Assembly: GCA_028713005.1 (NCBI GenBank)
Contig: JAQTPC010000003.1
Location: 13,022 to 77,021, forward strand
Direction of reading: 5' to 3'
Length of the DNA: 64,000 nt
DNA from: Minisyncoccota bacterium
GTDB taxonomy: Bacteria > Patescibacteriota > Minisyncoccia > Phycocordibacterales > PALSA-1337
The notes under the pieces: model-generated
Database searches by the model: none
What the model was told of the DNA's origin: nothing
Seen by the model: only the letters and a program-made list of their open reading frames with translations
Part shown: one piece after another, positions 55,714 through 64,000 of the stretch
Layout of the letters: each line of letters starts with the position of its first letter
Position numbering within the stretch: position 1 is the first letter of the stretch
Translations under genes and position numbers: made by a program

Positions 55714-56520
55714 CTATTGGAGAATAAAATCTCCAATTTTTGTTCTCTTAATGCTCAACGCGAGAGCATGTATACCGAGAGATTCACCAAGCTTTTCTGC
55801 AAGCGTTCTCATATAGGCACCTGAAGATGAATGAACTTTTAATTTAATTACCTGAAAATATTCCTGTGTTGTGCCCCCAGCTTTGATCACCTGTTTCCAT
55901 GAATCAACTATTTCTTCTTGCCTAAAATTACCTTTCACCTTCTGGATCCGCTCAATAATAATTTTCATCAATTCCTTTTTTGAAATTTCCTGCTGACCAA
56001 GAAAATCTATCGAATACACTTCAATCTCTTTTTTGGGCATCTCTATATCATCGAGACTGCCCGATTTTGCATGTTCAAATAGAGGTTTGCCGTTCACTGG
56101 TTTTGAAGAATACGCAGGATATTTTTCTGTGCGTTTACCGACAAGGTTATTTAGTTGTTTCTGAATTATTTCTTCTGATATTTTCTGTGTTTTTCTCTGA
56201 TTCTCAAATCTAACATCTAAAATCTGACCTCCTTGTATTATTTTCCCCAAAACATCCGCCGTATCACTCCCTATCCCGAGCAAGATTTCAACCTCATATT
56301 CTTTGTCGAGCCCTAGATACTGATCTTTCATTTTACATTCATCACCAATGAGGATAAGGAGTAGTCCTTCTGCCATTGGGTCGAGACGGCCGGCGTATGT
56401 CATTGGTACTGACGAATCTATCCCCTTTTCATGACGAAGATGCTCGAGAGCTTCGAGGGGGGTTTGACCTATTAATTTATTTACGAAGAAATATTTTGGC
56501 ACAAGGACATTCTGACACAC
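55714..56520 (-). CDS. truB: tRNA pseudouridine(55) synthase TruB
   Basis: 268 aa; catalytic Asp motif YAGRLDPMAEGLLLILIG. Confidence 0.8.
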   Translation of the reverse strand: MCQNVLVPKYFFVNKLIGQTPLEALEHLRHEKGIDSSVPMTYAGRLDPMAEGLLLILIGDECKMKDQYLGLDKEYEVEILLGIGSDTADVLGKIIQGGQILDVRFENQRKTQKISEEIIQKQLNNLVGKRTEKYPAYSSKPVNGKPLFEHAKSGSLDDIEMPKKEIEVYSIDFLGQQEISKKELMKIIIERIQKVKGNFRQEEIVDSWKQVIKAGGTTQEYFQVIKLKVHSSSGAYMRTLAEKLGESLGIHALALSIKRTKIGDFILQ

Positions 56521-56534
56521 TCTTTTGAATCGGT

Positions 56535-56680
56535 CACAGGAATCTCGCCTTACAGGAATCGAAGCTTACAGCTTCAGTACAGTCTTCGTGTGGTACTCGC
56601 TTCGCTCCGTGCCACATGCTCAGACTTTTCGATTCCTACACGTGAGATGCGCAGGCATCTCACTCGGGGTCACATAAAAT
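56535..56680 (-). ncRNA. tRNA-Arg-linked structured element B, homolog of element A, immediately 3' of tRNA-Arg(GCG)
   Basis: 22/30 identity to element A core (ggaatcgaaGCttacagCTtcagtacag); contains TTCGATTCCTAC identical to the tRNA-Arg T-arm 3' half in inverted orientation; terminal inverted repeat aggaatcgaa/ttcgattcct. Confidence 0.4.
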
Positions 56681-56697
56681 TCGCTACGCTCATTTTC

Positions 56698-56772
56698 TGG
56701 TGCCCCCGGTAGGAATCGAACCTACATTGCAAGATCCGCAATCTTGCGTCCTATCCATTGAACGACGAGGGC
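56698..56772 (-). tRNA. tRNA-Arg (GCG), encoded CCA
   Basis: Acceptor GCCCTCG/CGGGGGC, D GTTC/GGAC, anticodon stem CAAGA/TCTTG loop TTGCGGA, T GTAGG-TTCGATT-CCTAC. Confidence 0.75.
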
Positions 56773-56852
56773 AGTTGAAATACGATACCACACCTTCAGT
56801 AAAACACAAAAGAAAAACCGCTCAATGATTTCACTGAGCGGTTTTCTCGAAG

Positions 56853-57116
56853 CTAGGCAATCTTCGCGAGCGCCGCCATCACACGAGACTTGGTACGTGA
56901 TGAAGCGTTCACTTTGATATAACCAGTCTTAACTGCTTTATCGAGAGCCTGATAAATGACAGGAACAAGCTTTGCTGCTGCTACCTTATCCTTTGCGAGG
57001 ACAAGCTTGCGGAATGCTTTGACGTTCTTTTCAATATCTGACTTGCGGCGGAGATTGAAAACACGCTTCTTTTTTGAAGCACGGAGGGCCTTTTTAGCTG
57101 AAGATGTAATTGCCAT
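56853..57116 (-). CDS. rpsT: 30S ribosomal protein S20
   Basis: 87 aa; S20 N-terminus SSAKKALRASKKKRVFNLRRKS. Confidence 0.9.
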   Translation of the reverse strand: MAITSSAKKALRASKKKRVFNLRRKSDIEKNVKAFRKLVLAKDKVAAAKLVPVIYQALDKAVKTGYIKVNASSRTKSRVMAALAKIA

Positions 57117-57221
57117 ATGATTTAAATGTCCTTGAAAGGTAACATATCACTTAAAAAATGGCAAGAATCCTCGAGGTCTGACCTTGGAATCCAGGCTACA
57201 AAGGTCGGACCTTGCGATTTC

Positions 57222-57230
57222 TGATATAAT
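57222..57230 (+). promoter_or_regulatory. Extended -10 element (TGaTATAAT) 7 nt upstream of ruvA ATG, implying a leaderless or near-leaderless transcript
   Basis: ctgatataat at 57221-57230; ruvA ATG at 57237; no SD. Confidence 0.35.
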
Positions 57231-57236
57231 CAGGCC

Positions 57237-57815
57237 ATGATCGCTACCCTACGTGGACAAGTCACTGAACTCGGCAATCGTTATGCCATCATCGAAGTTG
57301 CCAATATCGGTTACAAAGTATTTTTGACTGATGATTCTATCCATTCATTGAAAGTGGGTACCGAAACATTCCTCTCTATATATAATGTCATTCGTGAAGA
57401 TGCCAATGACCTCTATGGCTTCGTATCACGAAAGGAGCGTGACTTCTTTGAGCTCCTCATCAGTATCTCCGGCATAGGCCCAAAGAGTGCTCTCAATATC
57501 ATGTCCCTCGTTTCAAGTGACACCCTTGTATCAGCCATCCGCAGTGGTTCAACTTCACATCTCGTAAAGGTTTCCGGCATAGGTAGAAAGACGGCTGAAA
57601 AGATTGTACTTGAACTCAAGGATAAGCTCGCTCCCTTTGCGGTTAGTCATGACAGTGAATACTCTGCTGAAATCTCAAGTGATATGGATGCTGTCGAGGC
57701 CCTCATGGCTCTTGGTTTTAGTGCTGACGAGAGTCGTGAAGCACTCAAAAAAATAGATAAGAGTATTTCGGCGACGGGTGCCAAGGTAAAGGCGGCGTTG
57801 AAGATGTTGAGTTAG
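57237..57815 (+). CDS. ruvA: Holliday junction DNA helicase RuvA
   Basis: 192 aa; RuvA N-terminal OB domain and helix-hairpin-helix GIGPKSALNI. Confidence 0.9.
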   Translation: MIATLRGQVTELGNRYAIIEVANIGYKVFLTDDSIHSLKVGTETFLSIYNVIREDANDLYGFVSRKERDFFELLISISGIGPKSALNIMSLVSSDTLVSAIRSGSTSHLVKVSGIGRKTAEKIVLELKDKLAPFAVSHDSEYSAEISSDMDAVEALMALGFSADESREALKKIDKSISATGAKVKAALKMLS

Positions 57816-57881
57816 CACTACGTATAATATTCAGATAAAAAATACCCCGAACGAGTAATATCGTTCGGGGTGATTAAAAAA

Positions 57882-58211
57882 CTATTTCCTCTTAAATGCA
57901 CCCTTAGTGCTTAAACTGCACGCCAGGTGGCCAGCATTTTCTGTTTTTTTCCAAAAACCTTGGAAACCAAGAAAACGTAGAATCGGGTGTGCAATTATCA
58001 TACCGAGCCCCGCTAGGATAATAAGTGCCAGCGCAACAATTAAAAACGGAATAATCAGTGCACTTCCCACGGCAAATATTACCGCGATAATTCCAATTAC
58101 AGCTACTATGCACAGGAATTTGAGAACAGGATTTTTAACTTCCTTTCCCCCAACCTCAACTGTGCTAACGCATTTTCTTTTCATATTACAATCTTTAATT
58201 TCCTTCGCCAA
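57882..58211 (-). CDS. Small hypothetical membrane protein
   Basis: 109 aa; 2 TM. Confidence 0.4.
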   Translation of the reverse strand: MAKEIKDCNMKRKCVSTVEVGGKEVKNPVLKFLCIVAVIGIIAVIFAVGSALIIPFLIVALALIILAGLGMIIAHPILRFLGFQGFWKKTENAGHLACSLSTKGAFKRK

Positions 58212-58353
58212 AATTTAGTGTAAATTCCAGCAGAGTCGCCTTTTCTAAGGGCATTGTTTATTTCAAACTTCAAAACTACTTGGTCGCATTATATCACAGT
58301 ATTTGTATAAAAGCAATATCCCATAAACCCCCGAAATAAGCCATACTATACCC

Positions 58354-59619
58354 ATGCTCGACTCATTCCTCGCCAAAACACGTAACTGGATACCAAAAGC
58401 TCTATTCCGCATCGCCAACCCGCTCTACCATCGTACACTCGCTTTCGTGGCAGCCTGCATATACCGCTTCCCTTCTCGTCACATCAAAGTCATCGGTATC
58501 ACCGGAACCAAAGGCAAAAGCTCAACAGTGGAAATACTCAATGCCATACTCGAAGAAGCTGGCTACAAGACCGCCCTCACGAACACTATCCGTTTCAAGA
58601 TCGGTGACATGTCATCTGATAACCTCTACAAGATGAGCATGCCCGGACGTTTCTTCATGCAAAAATTCCTCCGCAGTGCAGTCAAACATAAATGTGATTA
58701 TGCGATCCTCGAAATGACATCTCAAGGCGCAATCACCTACCGTCACCTCTTTATCGACATGGACGCATTCATTTTCACCAATATTTCTCCTGAGCACATA
58801 GAGGCCCACGGCTCATATGAACATTATCTCAATGCCAAAGTATCCATCGCTCGTCGTCTGGCAGTTTCAAAAAAGAAAAATCGTATCATGATCGCTAATG
58901 GCGATGATAAGGAAGTTGAGAAATTCCTTGAGTGTGACGCTGATCAAAAGATGCGCTTCCACATAACAGACGTTGCACCCTACACTATTAAAAAAGAAGG
59001 TATTGATTTTACTCTGACAAAGACACCAGTCACCTCTCAGCTCTCTGGCCTCTTTAATCTCTACAATATCCTCGCCGCTATCACTGCAGCGCAAAGCCAA
59101 GGCATTTCAAACGATATCATCATCCGCGCTATAGAAAAATTTAATGGCATAAAGGGTCGTGTTGAGCTCATCGATGCAGGACAAGATTTCAAAGTAGTCG
59201 TCGACTATGCCCATACGCCAGATTCGCTTGAAAAAGTGTATCAAGTTTTCCAATCGTCTCGTAATATATGTATTCTTGGTGGGACAGGTGGTGGACGTGA
59301 CACATGGAAGCGCGGAGAGATGGGGCACATCGCTGACGAATACTGTGATGAAGTTATTCTGACTGATGAAGATCCTTATGATGAAAATCCTGAAAATATT
59401 GTAAACGACGTAGCAAAAGGCATGACTCATGCGCCAACTATCATAATGGACCGTCGTATGGCTATCAGAGAAGGCATCAAACGTGCACAAACAGGCGACG
59501 TTGTCATCATCACTGGAAAAGGAACCGATCCGTATATCATGGGACCACAAGGAACAAAGACGCCGTGGAGTGATGCTCGTGTAGCAAAAGAAGAACTCGA
59601 GAAAAGACTTTCTAACTAG
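58354..59619 (+). CDS. Mur ligase family protein (MurE/MurF-like central and C-terminal domains; no N-terminal domain)
   Basis: 421 aa; ATP-binding GITGTKGKSST, FTNISPEHIEAHGS, C-terminal DYAHTPDSL...GGTGGGRD. Confidence 0.7.
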   Translation: MLDSFLAKTRNWIPKALFRIANPLYHRTLAFVAACIYRFPSRHIKVIGITGTKGKSSTVEILNAILEEAGYKTALTNTIRFKIGDMSSDNLYKMSMPGRFFMQKFLRSAVKHKCDYAILEMTSQGAITYRHLFIDMDAFIFTNISPEHIEAHGSYEHYLNAKVSIARRLAVSKKKNRIMIANGDDKEVEKFLECDADQKMRFHITDVAPYTIKKEGIDFTLTKTPVTSQLSGLFNLYNILAAITAAQSQGISNDIIIRAIEKFNGIKGRVELIDAGQDFKVVVDYAHTPDSLEKVYQVFQSSRNICILGGTGGGRDTWKRGEMGHIADEYCDEVILTDEDPYDENPENIVNDVAKGMTHAPTIIMDRRMAIREGIKRAQTGDVVIITGKGTDPYIMGPQGTKTPWSDARVAKEELEKRLSN

Positions 59620-59622
59620 CCA

Positions 59623-60927
59623 CTAGAAACTTATACCGTAATTAGTATTTAATATTTGCATTGTCCTTTGTCCGACAATGTTTGTTTCACCAGATATACT
59701 GTACTTTTTTTGAAATTGTTGAAGCGCTGTTTGGGTGCATGGACCGAGCTTCCCTGTACGCGGACAATCACTCAGATCACGTGCATAGGGCGGATACTCC
59801 CCGTCAACAAGGAGTGCTGACTGCAGAGCAAAGACATCTGTATTTTGAGTATTTTTTTCTGAAATAACACTCTTCCATGTATGTGGTAATGCAACCGTAT
59901 CATATGCCCGACTTACAGCCGCAGCATCAGGAGCACTAAAGAAATCTTCGAGACCGAGATATGTCTGAAATGCGAGGTCTTTGATGGCAAGATCGCGTGT
60001 GCCTGCATTCAAAAACTGTGGTTCGTAGATATATCCATACTCAATCAACATACTCGCCGCATCAGCGGTATCATGTGCACCGATTGCGATCAGATCGGGA
60101 TCTTCAACTATACCTGCAGATTCACCCGTCAAACTGCTCACGGGATTATACTTACTTAACCGTTTAAATATTGTTTCAGCGACAACTTTGCTTGTAGCAC
60201 TATTAGCATACTGACGTTCAGGGATATATATTGCAAAACCAGTATGATCGCCAGGAGTTCGACTACCATGACCTGGTGCATCATTGAAATGAATATGGAT
60301 AGTTATATCTACATCATTCTCATTTGCCCACTTTGTGATACCGTAAAGTCTATATGCTACATTACTTGGTGCCTTATTGTGGTATACGGTCTTTGTAGGA
60401 GGTACCACTGTGCCCGAAGATATACGGTGAGCAATATCCTGAGCTGAGCCGGCTTGCCAATCGATGATATTCTGCCAGTTATTCTTAAAATACTCAGCGA
60501 AAATCGGTGACCAATCGTTACCGTCTCGAGTAACAAAAACTTCATAATGGGTGTCCTTCTCAAGAAAACCGGCAAGGTCTTGCGCGAGTTCCACGGTCAT
60601 ATCACGCTCTTTGAGTGAACTGTATTCTGCCCCACCATAGTTTGGTTCATGTCCGGGTACAATCAAAATACGAACTTTATTATGGATACTTTTATCATTT
60701 ATAGATGCAACTTGAACTATGGGAGAGGTGTAGCGTGACTTTATGTCAGCGACAGTCTTTGGATTATGACTCAAAATAACAGCAGCGAGTTGTTCGGTCG
60801 CTTGGGAGAATATCTGTGCAACATAATCAACTTCCCCGCCAAAACGAGATGAGACGGCCGGGACGCCAAAGAGCATCAATGCCAAAATAGTGACAAGGTA
60901 GTACTTCACGTATGTATTATAACTCAT
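59623..60927 (-). CDS. N-acetylmuramoyl-L-alanine amidase (Amidase_3-like) with C-terminal peptidoglycan-binding (PG_binding_1) domain
   Basis: 434 aa; signal/TM N-terminus; ILIVPGHEPNYGGAEY amidase motif; C-terminal LQSALLVDGEYP...GKLGPCTQTALQQFQ. Confidence 0.7.
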   Translation of the reverse strand: MSYNTYVKYYLVTILALMLFGVPAVSSRFGGEVDYVAQIFSQATEQLAAVILSHNPKTVADIKSRYTSPIVQVASINDKSIHNKVRILIVPGHEPNYGGAEYSSLKERDMTVELAQDLAGFLEKDTHYEVFVTRDGNDWSPIFAEYFKNNWQNIIDWQAGSAQDIAHRISSGTVVPPTKTVYHNKAPSNVAYRLYGITKWANENDVDITIHIHFNDAPGHGSRTPGDHTGFAIYIPERQYANSATSKVVAETIFKRLSKYNPVSSLTGESAGIVEDPDLIAIGAHDTADAASMLIEYGYIYEPQFLNAGTRDLAIKDLAFQTYLGLEDFFSAPDAAAVSRAYDTVALPHTWKSVISEKNTQNTDVFALQSALLVDGEYPPYARDLSDCPRTGKLGPCTQTALQQFQKKYSISGETNIVGQRTMQILNTNYGISF

Positions 60928-60935
60928 TTTTGTTT

Positions 60936-60973
60936 CTGCGCAGGTCTACCCTTGCAAGGGTAGACCTGCGCAG
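60936..60973. promoter_or_regulatory. Perfect 38-bp palindrome (16-bp arms ctgcgcaggtctaccc / gggtagacctgcgcag around ttgcaa) between divergent amidase and fpg starts
   Basis: Read directly; 9 nt from amidase start codon and 23 nt from fpg start. Confidence 0.5.
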
Positions 60974-60995
60974 AGGTTTGGTTTACTATGCCCAT

Positions 60996-61937
60996 ATGCC
61001 CGAACTCCCCGAAGTGCAAACAACAGTCACCGGACTCAATCGGACCATTACCGGGCAAACCATCACTGATGTATGGACTGATTACAATAGCCCTTATTTC
61101 AAAGGATCTAATACCATTAAAGATCCAGTTTATTTTAAGCATTTCAAAAAAGAAATTCTTAATAAAAAAATTACCTCTGTCACCCGTCGGGCAAAAAATG
61201 TGCTTATACATCTCGATTCAGGAAAGACTATCCTCATTCACATGAAAATGACTGGACATATCATCATTGGACGATATGTATTTGATTCAAAAAAGAAAAA
61301 AGACTCATGGGTTCCTGCACCTGATGAACGAAAGGCTCTTCACGATCCATTCAATCGTTTTATCCATTTTGTCCTAACTTTTTCCAATGGAAAACAGATG
61401 GCTTTTTCTGATATGAGAAAATTTGCCAAAGTAACTTTGCTAGAAAATCACACTGAGCATTTGATAGACCTTGGCCCTGAACCATTGGAAGCTGGTTTCA
61501 CCTACTCTATTTTCAAATCTCAACTCAATAAAAAACCTACGGGAAAAATAAAAACTGTCTTGATGGATCAAACTGTTATCTCTGGTGTTGGAAATATCTA
61601 CAGTGATGAAGCTCTCTGGCGCGCTGGTATACATCCAGAAAAAAGAGTTCGCGATATTCCTGATCAATCACTCAAGATACTATACTCAGCAACTAAAGAT
61701 GTTCTCGAAAAAGGCATCGATTTTGGCGGGGACTCTATGTCTGACTATAGAAACATCGATGGGGAGCGTGGAAAATTTCAAGAACAGCACCAAGCCTATA
61801 GAAAAACTGGCAAGATTTGTGGCATTAAAATCAAAGCCATGCCTGGCGGCAGACAGGAAAAGACCTGTAAAGGAATTATTCAAAGAAAAGTCATTGGTGG
61901 CCGAAGTGCCCACTTCTGCCCTGTTCATCAGTTGTAG
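60996..61937 (+). CDS. mutM: Formamidopyrimidine-DNA glycosylase (start trimmed to MPELPEV)
   Basis: 313 aa; N-terminal PELPEVQT catalytic Pro2/Glu3, C-terminal zinc finger CxxC...CxxC (CKGIIQRKVIGGRSAHFCPVHQ). Confidence 0.85.
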   Translation: MPELPEVQTTVTGLNRTITGQTITDVWTDYNSPYFKGSNTIKDPVYFKHFKKEILNKKITSVTRRAKNVLIHLDSGKTILIHMKMTGHIIIGRYVFDSKKKKDSWVPAPDERKALHDPFNRFIHFVLTFSNGKQMAFSDMRKFAKVTLLENHTEHLIDLGPEPLEAGFTYSIFKSQLNKKPTGKIKTVLMDQTVISGVGNIYSDEALWRAGIHPEKRVRDIPDQSLKILYSATKDVLEKGIDFGGDSMSDYRNIDGERGKFQEQHQAYRKTGKICGIKIKAMPGGRQEKTCKGIIQRKVIGGRSAHFCPVHQL

Positions 61938-61964
61938 CTTTCCTCGAGGTTGAACCTTGAGGTA

Positions 61965-62474
61965 TTAGTCAGTATCGAGCAAACGATATAAAAATATTCC
62001 CGCCGACACTGAAACATTCAGAGACTCTTTTTGACCTCGGAGGGGTATCTCGGCGATAACATCAGCGAGCTCAAGAATTGGTTTTGATACTCCTTCGACT
62101 TCATTGCCAAGGATAATGACTACTTTATTTTTTGAAGAGGATGCGAGACTAATCTGTTTGTAGTCGAGCGATCGTGGTGATTGTTCGAGAGCCACGATCT
62201 TTGCACCAGCTTTCTTTAATTTGTTGAGGATGGAACCTCCCTCTTCTGCATGCTCCCAAGAAATGGTATTTTCTGCACCTAAAGCAACTTTTGCAAAATC
62301 ACTGCGCTTATTGCCAAAACGATCATGTGGCGTTGGAGTTGTACCAATGCAATATATCTTTGATATACCAAGTGTTTCGGCTGTTCTAAATATAGAACCG
62401 ACATTATGGACGCTACGGATATTATCAAGTAACAGATGAGCCTCTCGCCTTTTTTGCTTATTTTCTGTTATCAT
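61965..62474 (-). CDS. SpoU/TrmH-family RNA 2'-O-methyltransferase
   Basis: 169 aa; SPOUT motifs LLDNIRSVHNVGSIFRTAE, IILGNEVEGVS. Confidence 0.8.
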   Translation of the reverse strand: MITENKQKRREAHLLLDNIRSVHNVGSIFRTAETLGISKIYCIGTTPTPHDRFGNKRSDFAKVALGAENTISWEHAEEGGSILNKLKKAGAKIVALEQSPRSLDYKQISLASSSKNKVVIILGNEVEGVSKPILELADVIAEIPLRGQKESLNVSVSAGIFLYRLLDTD

Positions 62475-62879
62475 TACTCTACATTAACTGAATATAACAT
62501 TAACATCAATATGCTTTCTCTCTTTCCATCACTTCTCGCATACGAACAAGTTGGTCCAATGATCATCCGTCTCGTTCTCGGTATTACTCTTCTTTATTTT
62601 GGATATGAAAAATTGATCAAAAAGGGCACCAGCTCTGGTAGTAATGCAAAAGGTTACGGCGCAGTCGAAGTCATCATTGCCCTCTTCCTCATCATTGGTC
62701 TTTTCACACAACTTGCAGCGCTCTTGAATGCTATCATCCTCGTCATCAAACTTGGTTTCAAGGCACGCGACAAAGAACTCCTTTCGAATGGCATCAACTA
62801 CTACATTCTTCTTTTGGCTATGGCTATCGCGGTTATCTTCATGGGGCCAGGATTGCTCGCATACGATTTGCATGTGTAA
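62436..62879 (+). CDS. DoxX-family membrane protein
   Basis: 147 aa; 4 TM, DoxX-like N-terminus. Confidence 0.65.
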   Translation: MSLSPFLLIFCYHYSTLTEYNININMLSLFPSLLAYEQVGPMIIRLVLGITLLYFGYEKLIKKGTSSGSNAKGYGAVEVIIALFLIIGLFTQLAALLNAIILVIKLGFKARDKELLSNGINYYILLLAMAIAVIFMGPGLLAYDLHV

Positions 62880-63011
62880 GTAAAGCATAAGAACGAAACT
62901 TGATTTAAAGTTGATTTATAAGTATAGTTTTTACCACGCGCCCATATTTCCATATAGGCGCTGCGCTCAGGTCCACAGCCCGAGCGAGCTCGGTCTCCGG
63001 TCCCTTCGCTT

Positions 63012-63084
63012 GCGCCCATAGCTCAGTCGGTAGAGCAACTCCCTTTTAAGGAGTGGGTCGTTGGTTCGATTCCAACTGGGCGCA
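63012..63084 (+). tRNA. tRNA-Lys (TTT)
   Basis: Acceptor GCGCCCA/TGGGCGC, D GCTC/GAGC, anticodon stem ACTCC/GGAGT loop CTTTTAA, T GTTGG-TTCGATT-CCAAC. Confidence 0.85.
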
Positions 63085-63089
63085 CATAA

Positions 63090-63114
63090 GAAAATCCGCT
63101 TCGGCGGATTTTTG
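63090..63114 (+). terminator. Intrinsic terminator after tRNA-Lys (atccgc ttcg gcggat + T5)
   Basis: 6-bp stem, UUCG loop, TTTTT. Confidence 0.6.
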
Positions 63115-63325
63115 AATGAGCGGTCAAGCAATGCACCTTCGTGCATTGCGGGTTGGAATCGAACGGTGAGCGATGTCGAGTTCAGCAGGACGAGACCGTG
63201 AACCGGTGCCCAGGAGGAGTTTGCGGGTAGCAAACGACGACGAGGGCGATTCCAGTTTGATGTAGCACAATCAGCACATAAAGCTGTATAATATTTCCAA
63301 ACAAACTAGAACCTTTTAATAATAT

Positions 63326-63499
63326 TATGAATAGACCAAAATCGCTTTTGGAAGAGATGATTGCAGATGATCCTGAGCTGACAAACCTTTTCAGTAAGAC
63401 TCGTGAGCAGTTTCAAAAGGCTGCCGAGGAAGAAAGAAGGTTTTCGGGAGAAGCTGAGATAATCTCCCCAGAAGATCTTGCGGTGATTGTCAGGTAAGT
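63326..63499 (+). CDS. Small hypothetical protein (57 aa; own translation MNRPKSLLEEMIADDPELTNLFSKTREQFQKAAEEERRFSGEAEIISPEDLAVIVR)
   Basis: ORF below table cut-off; extended -10 TGTATAAT at 63281-63288 upstream; strong terminator 63505-63538 downstream; no SD. Confidence 0.3.
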
Positions 63500-63504
63500 T
63501 CCAC

Positions 63505-63538
63505 ATCACGCACAACCTTGGTTGTGCGTGATTTTTCA
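63505..63538 (+). terminator. Intrinsic terminator (atcacgcacaac cttg gttgtgcgtgat + T5)
   Basis: 12-bp perfect stem followed by TTTTT. Confidence 0.65.
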
Positions 63539-63624
63539 TACCCAGGAAACCCCGTGCGAAGCGAGAGCGCGGGGAGGAGGTCATTATTGGACACACAATT
63601 GATACCAAGTGCTATACTTATAGC

Positions 63625-63897
63625 ATGAGAACATATGTTTACTTTCTCCTCATCCTCGCTGGATGCATCGCCTTGGCTTACTACCATGACAAGTGGCTAC
63701 CGAGAGTGATTGATTTTACTTTTCACAGTAGCACACCGACAAAAAATATAGACGATTCAGGTCGTGCACTATACGAAAAATACAAATCAGCAACCTATAG
63801 CGAACCATTTGAAGAATGTTATGTTCATTGTGCAGAAGATGGTTTTGAAGCATTCAAGTTTTGTGCAGCCACAAATAAGTGTGCTGCTATAAAATAA
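63625..63897 (+). CDS. Small hypothetical secreted/membrane Cys-containing protein
   Basis: 90 aa; N-terminal hydrophobic segment; 4 Cys in C-terminal third. Confidence 0.4.
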   Translation: MRTYVYFLLILAGCIALAYYHDKWLPRVIDFTFHSSTPTKNIDDSGRALYEKYKSATYSEPFEECYVHCAEDGFEAFKFCAATNKCAAIK

Positions 63898-64000
63898 ATC
63901 GTTTGAATTAAAAATCCGGATCGCACTGGGTGCAATCCGGATATGAACTAAAACTATTTTAACGCGAGTGGAGCAACGGGTTCCCTGTCCGAGATGATAT

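Noticed and set aside
63150-63300. ssrA (tmRNA) gene call based on GCAAACGACGA tag-like sequence
   Set aside because: No tRNA-like 3' domain, no acceptor pairing and no typical ...LAA tag ending found; evidence too weak for a feature call.

Overview
This 64 kb window looks like a low-GC, gene-dense bacterial chromosome segment, and I infer a Patescibacteria/CPR-like reduced genome from gene content and compactness alone. Most genes are on the minus strand, and nine tRNA genes are present. I found no CRISPR array, transposase or integrase.

Recognisable housekeeping genes include the aminoacyl-tRNA synthetases glyQS, ileS and argS, a complete thymidylate-cycle neighbourhood (glyA, tmk, dut, dCMP deaminase, thyA, dcd, DHFR, folD), the secE-nusG-rplK block, rplS, rpsT, typA/bipA, ruvA, ruvX, mutM, queA, truB, several rRNA/tRNA methyltransferases and pseudouridine synthases, and tatA/tatC.

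The accessory content is mostly cell-envelope related. There is a 1387-aa tandem-repeat surface protein ending in a dockerin module, followed by two membrane-anchored proteins with cohesin-like domains. There is also a Tat-linked cluster of Thr/Ser-rich proteins, a VKOR-DsbA pair, an MsrB/CcdA-TlpA/thioredoxin module, a pilMNO-like cluster, and murein amidase and Mur-ligase genes.

The most unusual observations are:
1. The IleRS gene carries an in-frame histidine-phosphatase (phosphoglycerate-mutase-type RHGE...THG) domain inserted in its zinc-knuckle region.
2. Two homologous ~140-nt structured elements sit immediately 3' of tRNA-His and tRNA-Arg and mimic the acceptor or T-arm sequence of the tRNA they follow. 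Related T-arm-like palindromic motifs lie upstream of tRNA-Leu and tRNA-Val.
3. A ~200-nt structured RNA upstream of bipA contains an exact copy of the 16S rRNA helix-24 790-loop hairpin.
4. An orphan ~270-nt RNA with its own sigma70-like promoter and intrinsic terminator lies between argS and glyA.

All calls are based on reading the sequence and the ORF translations. No database searches were run.
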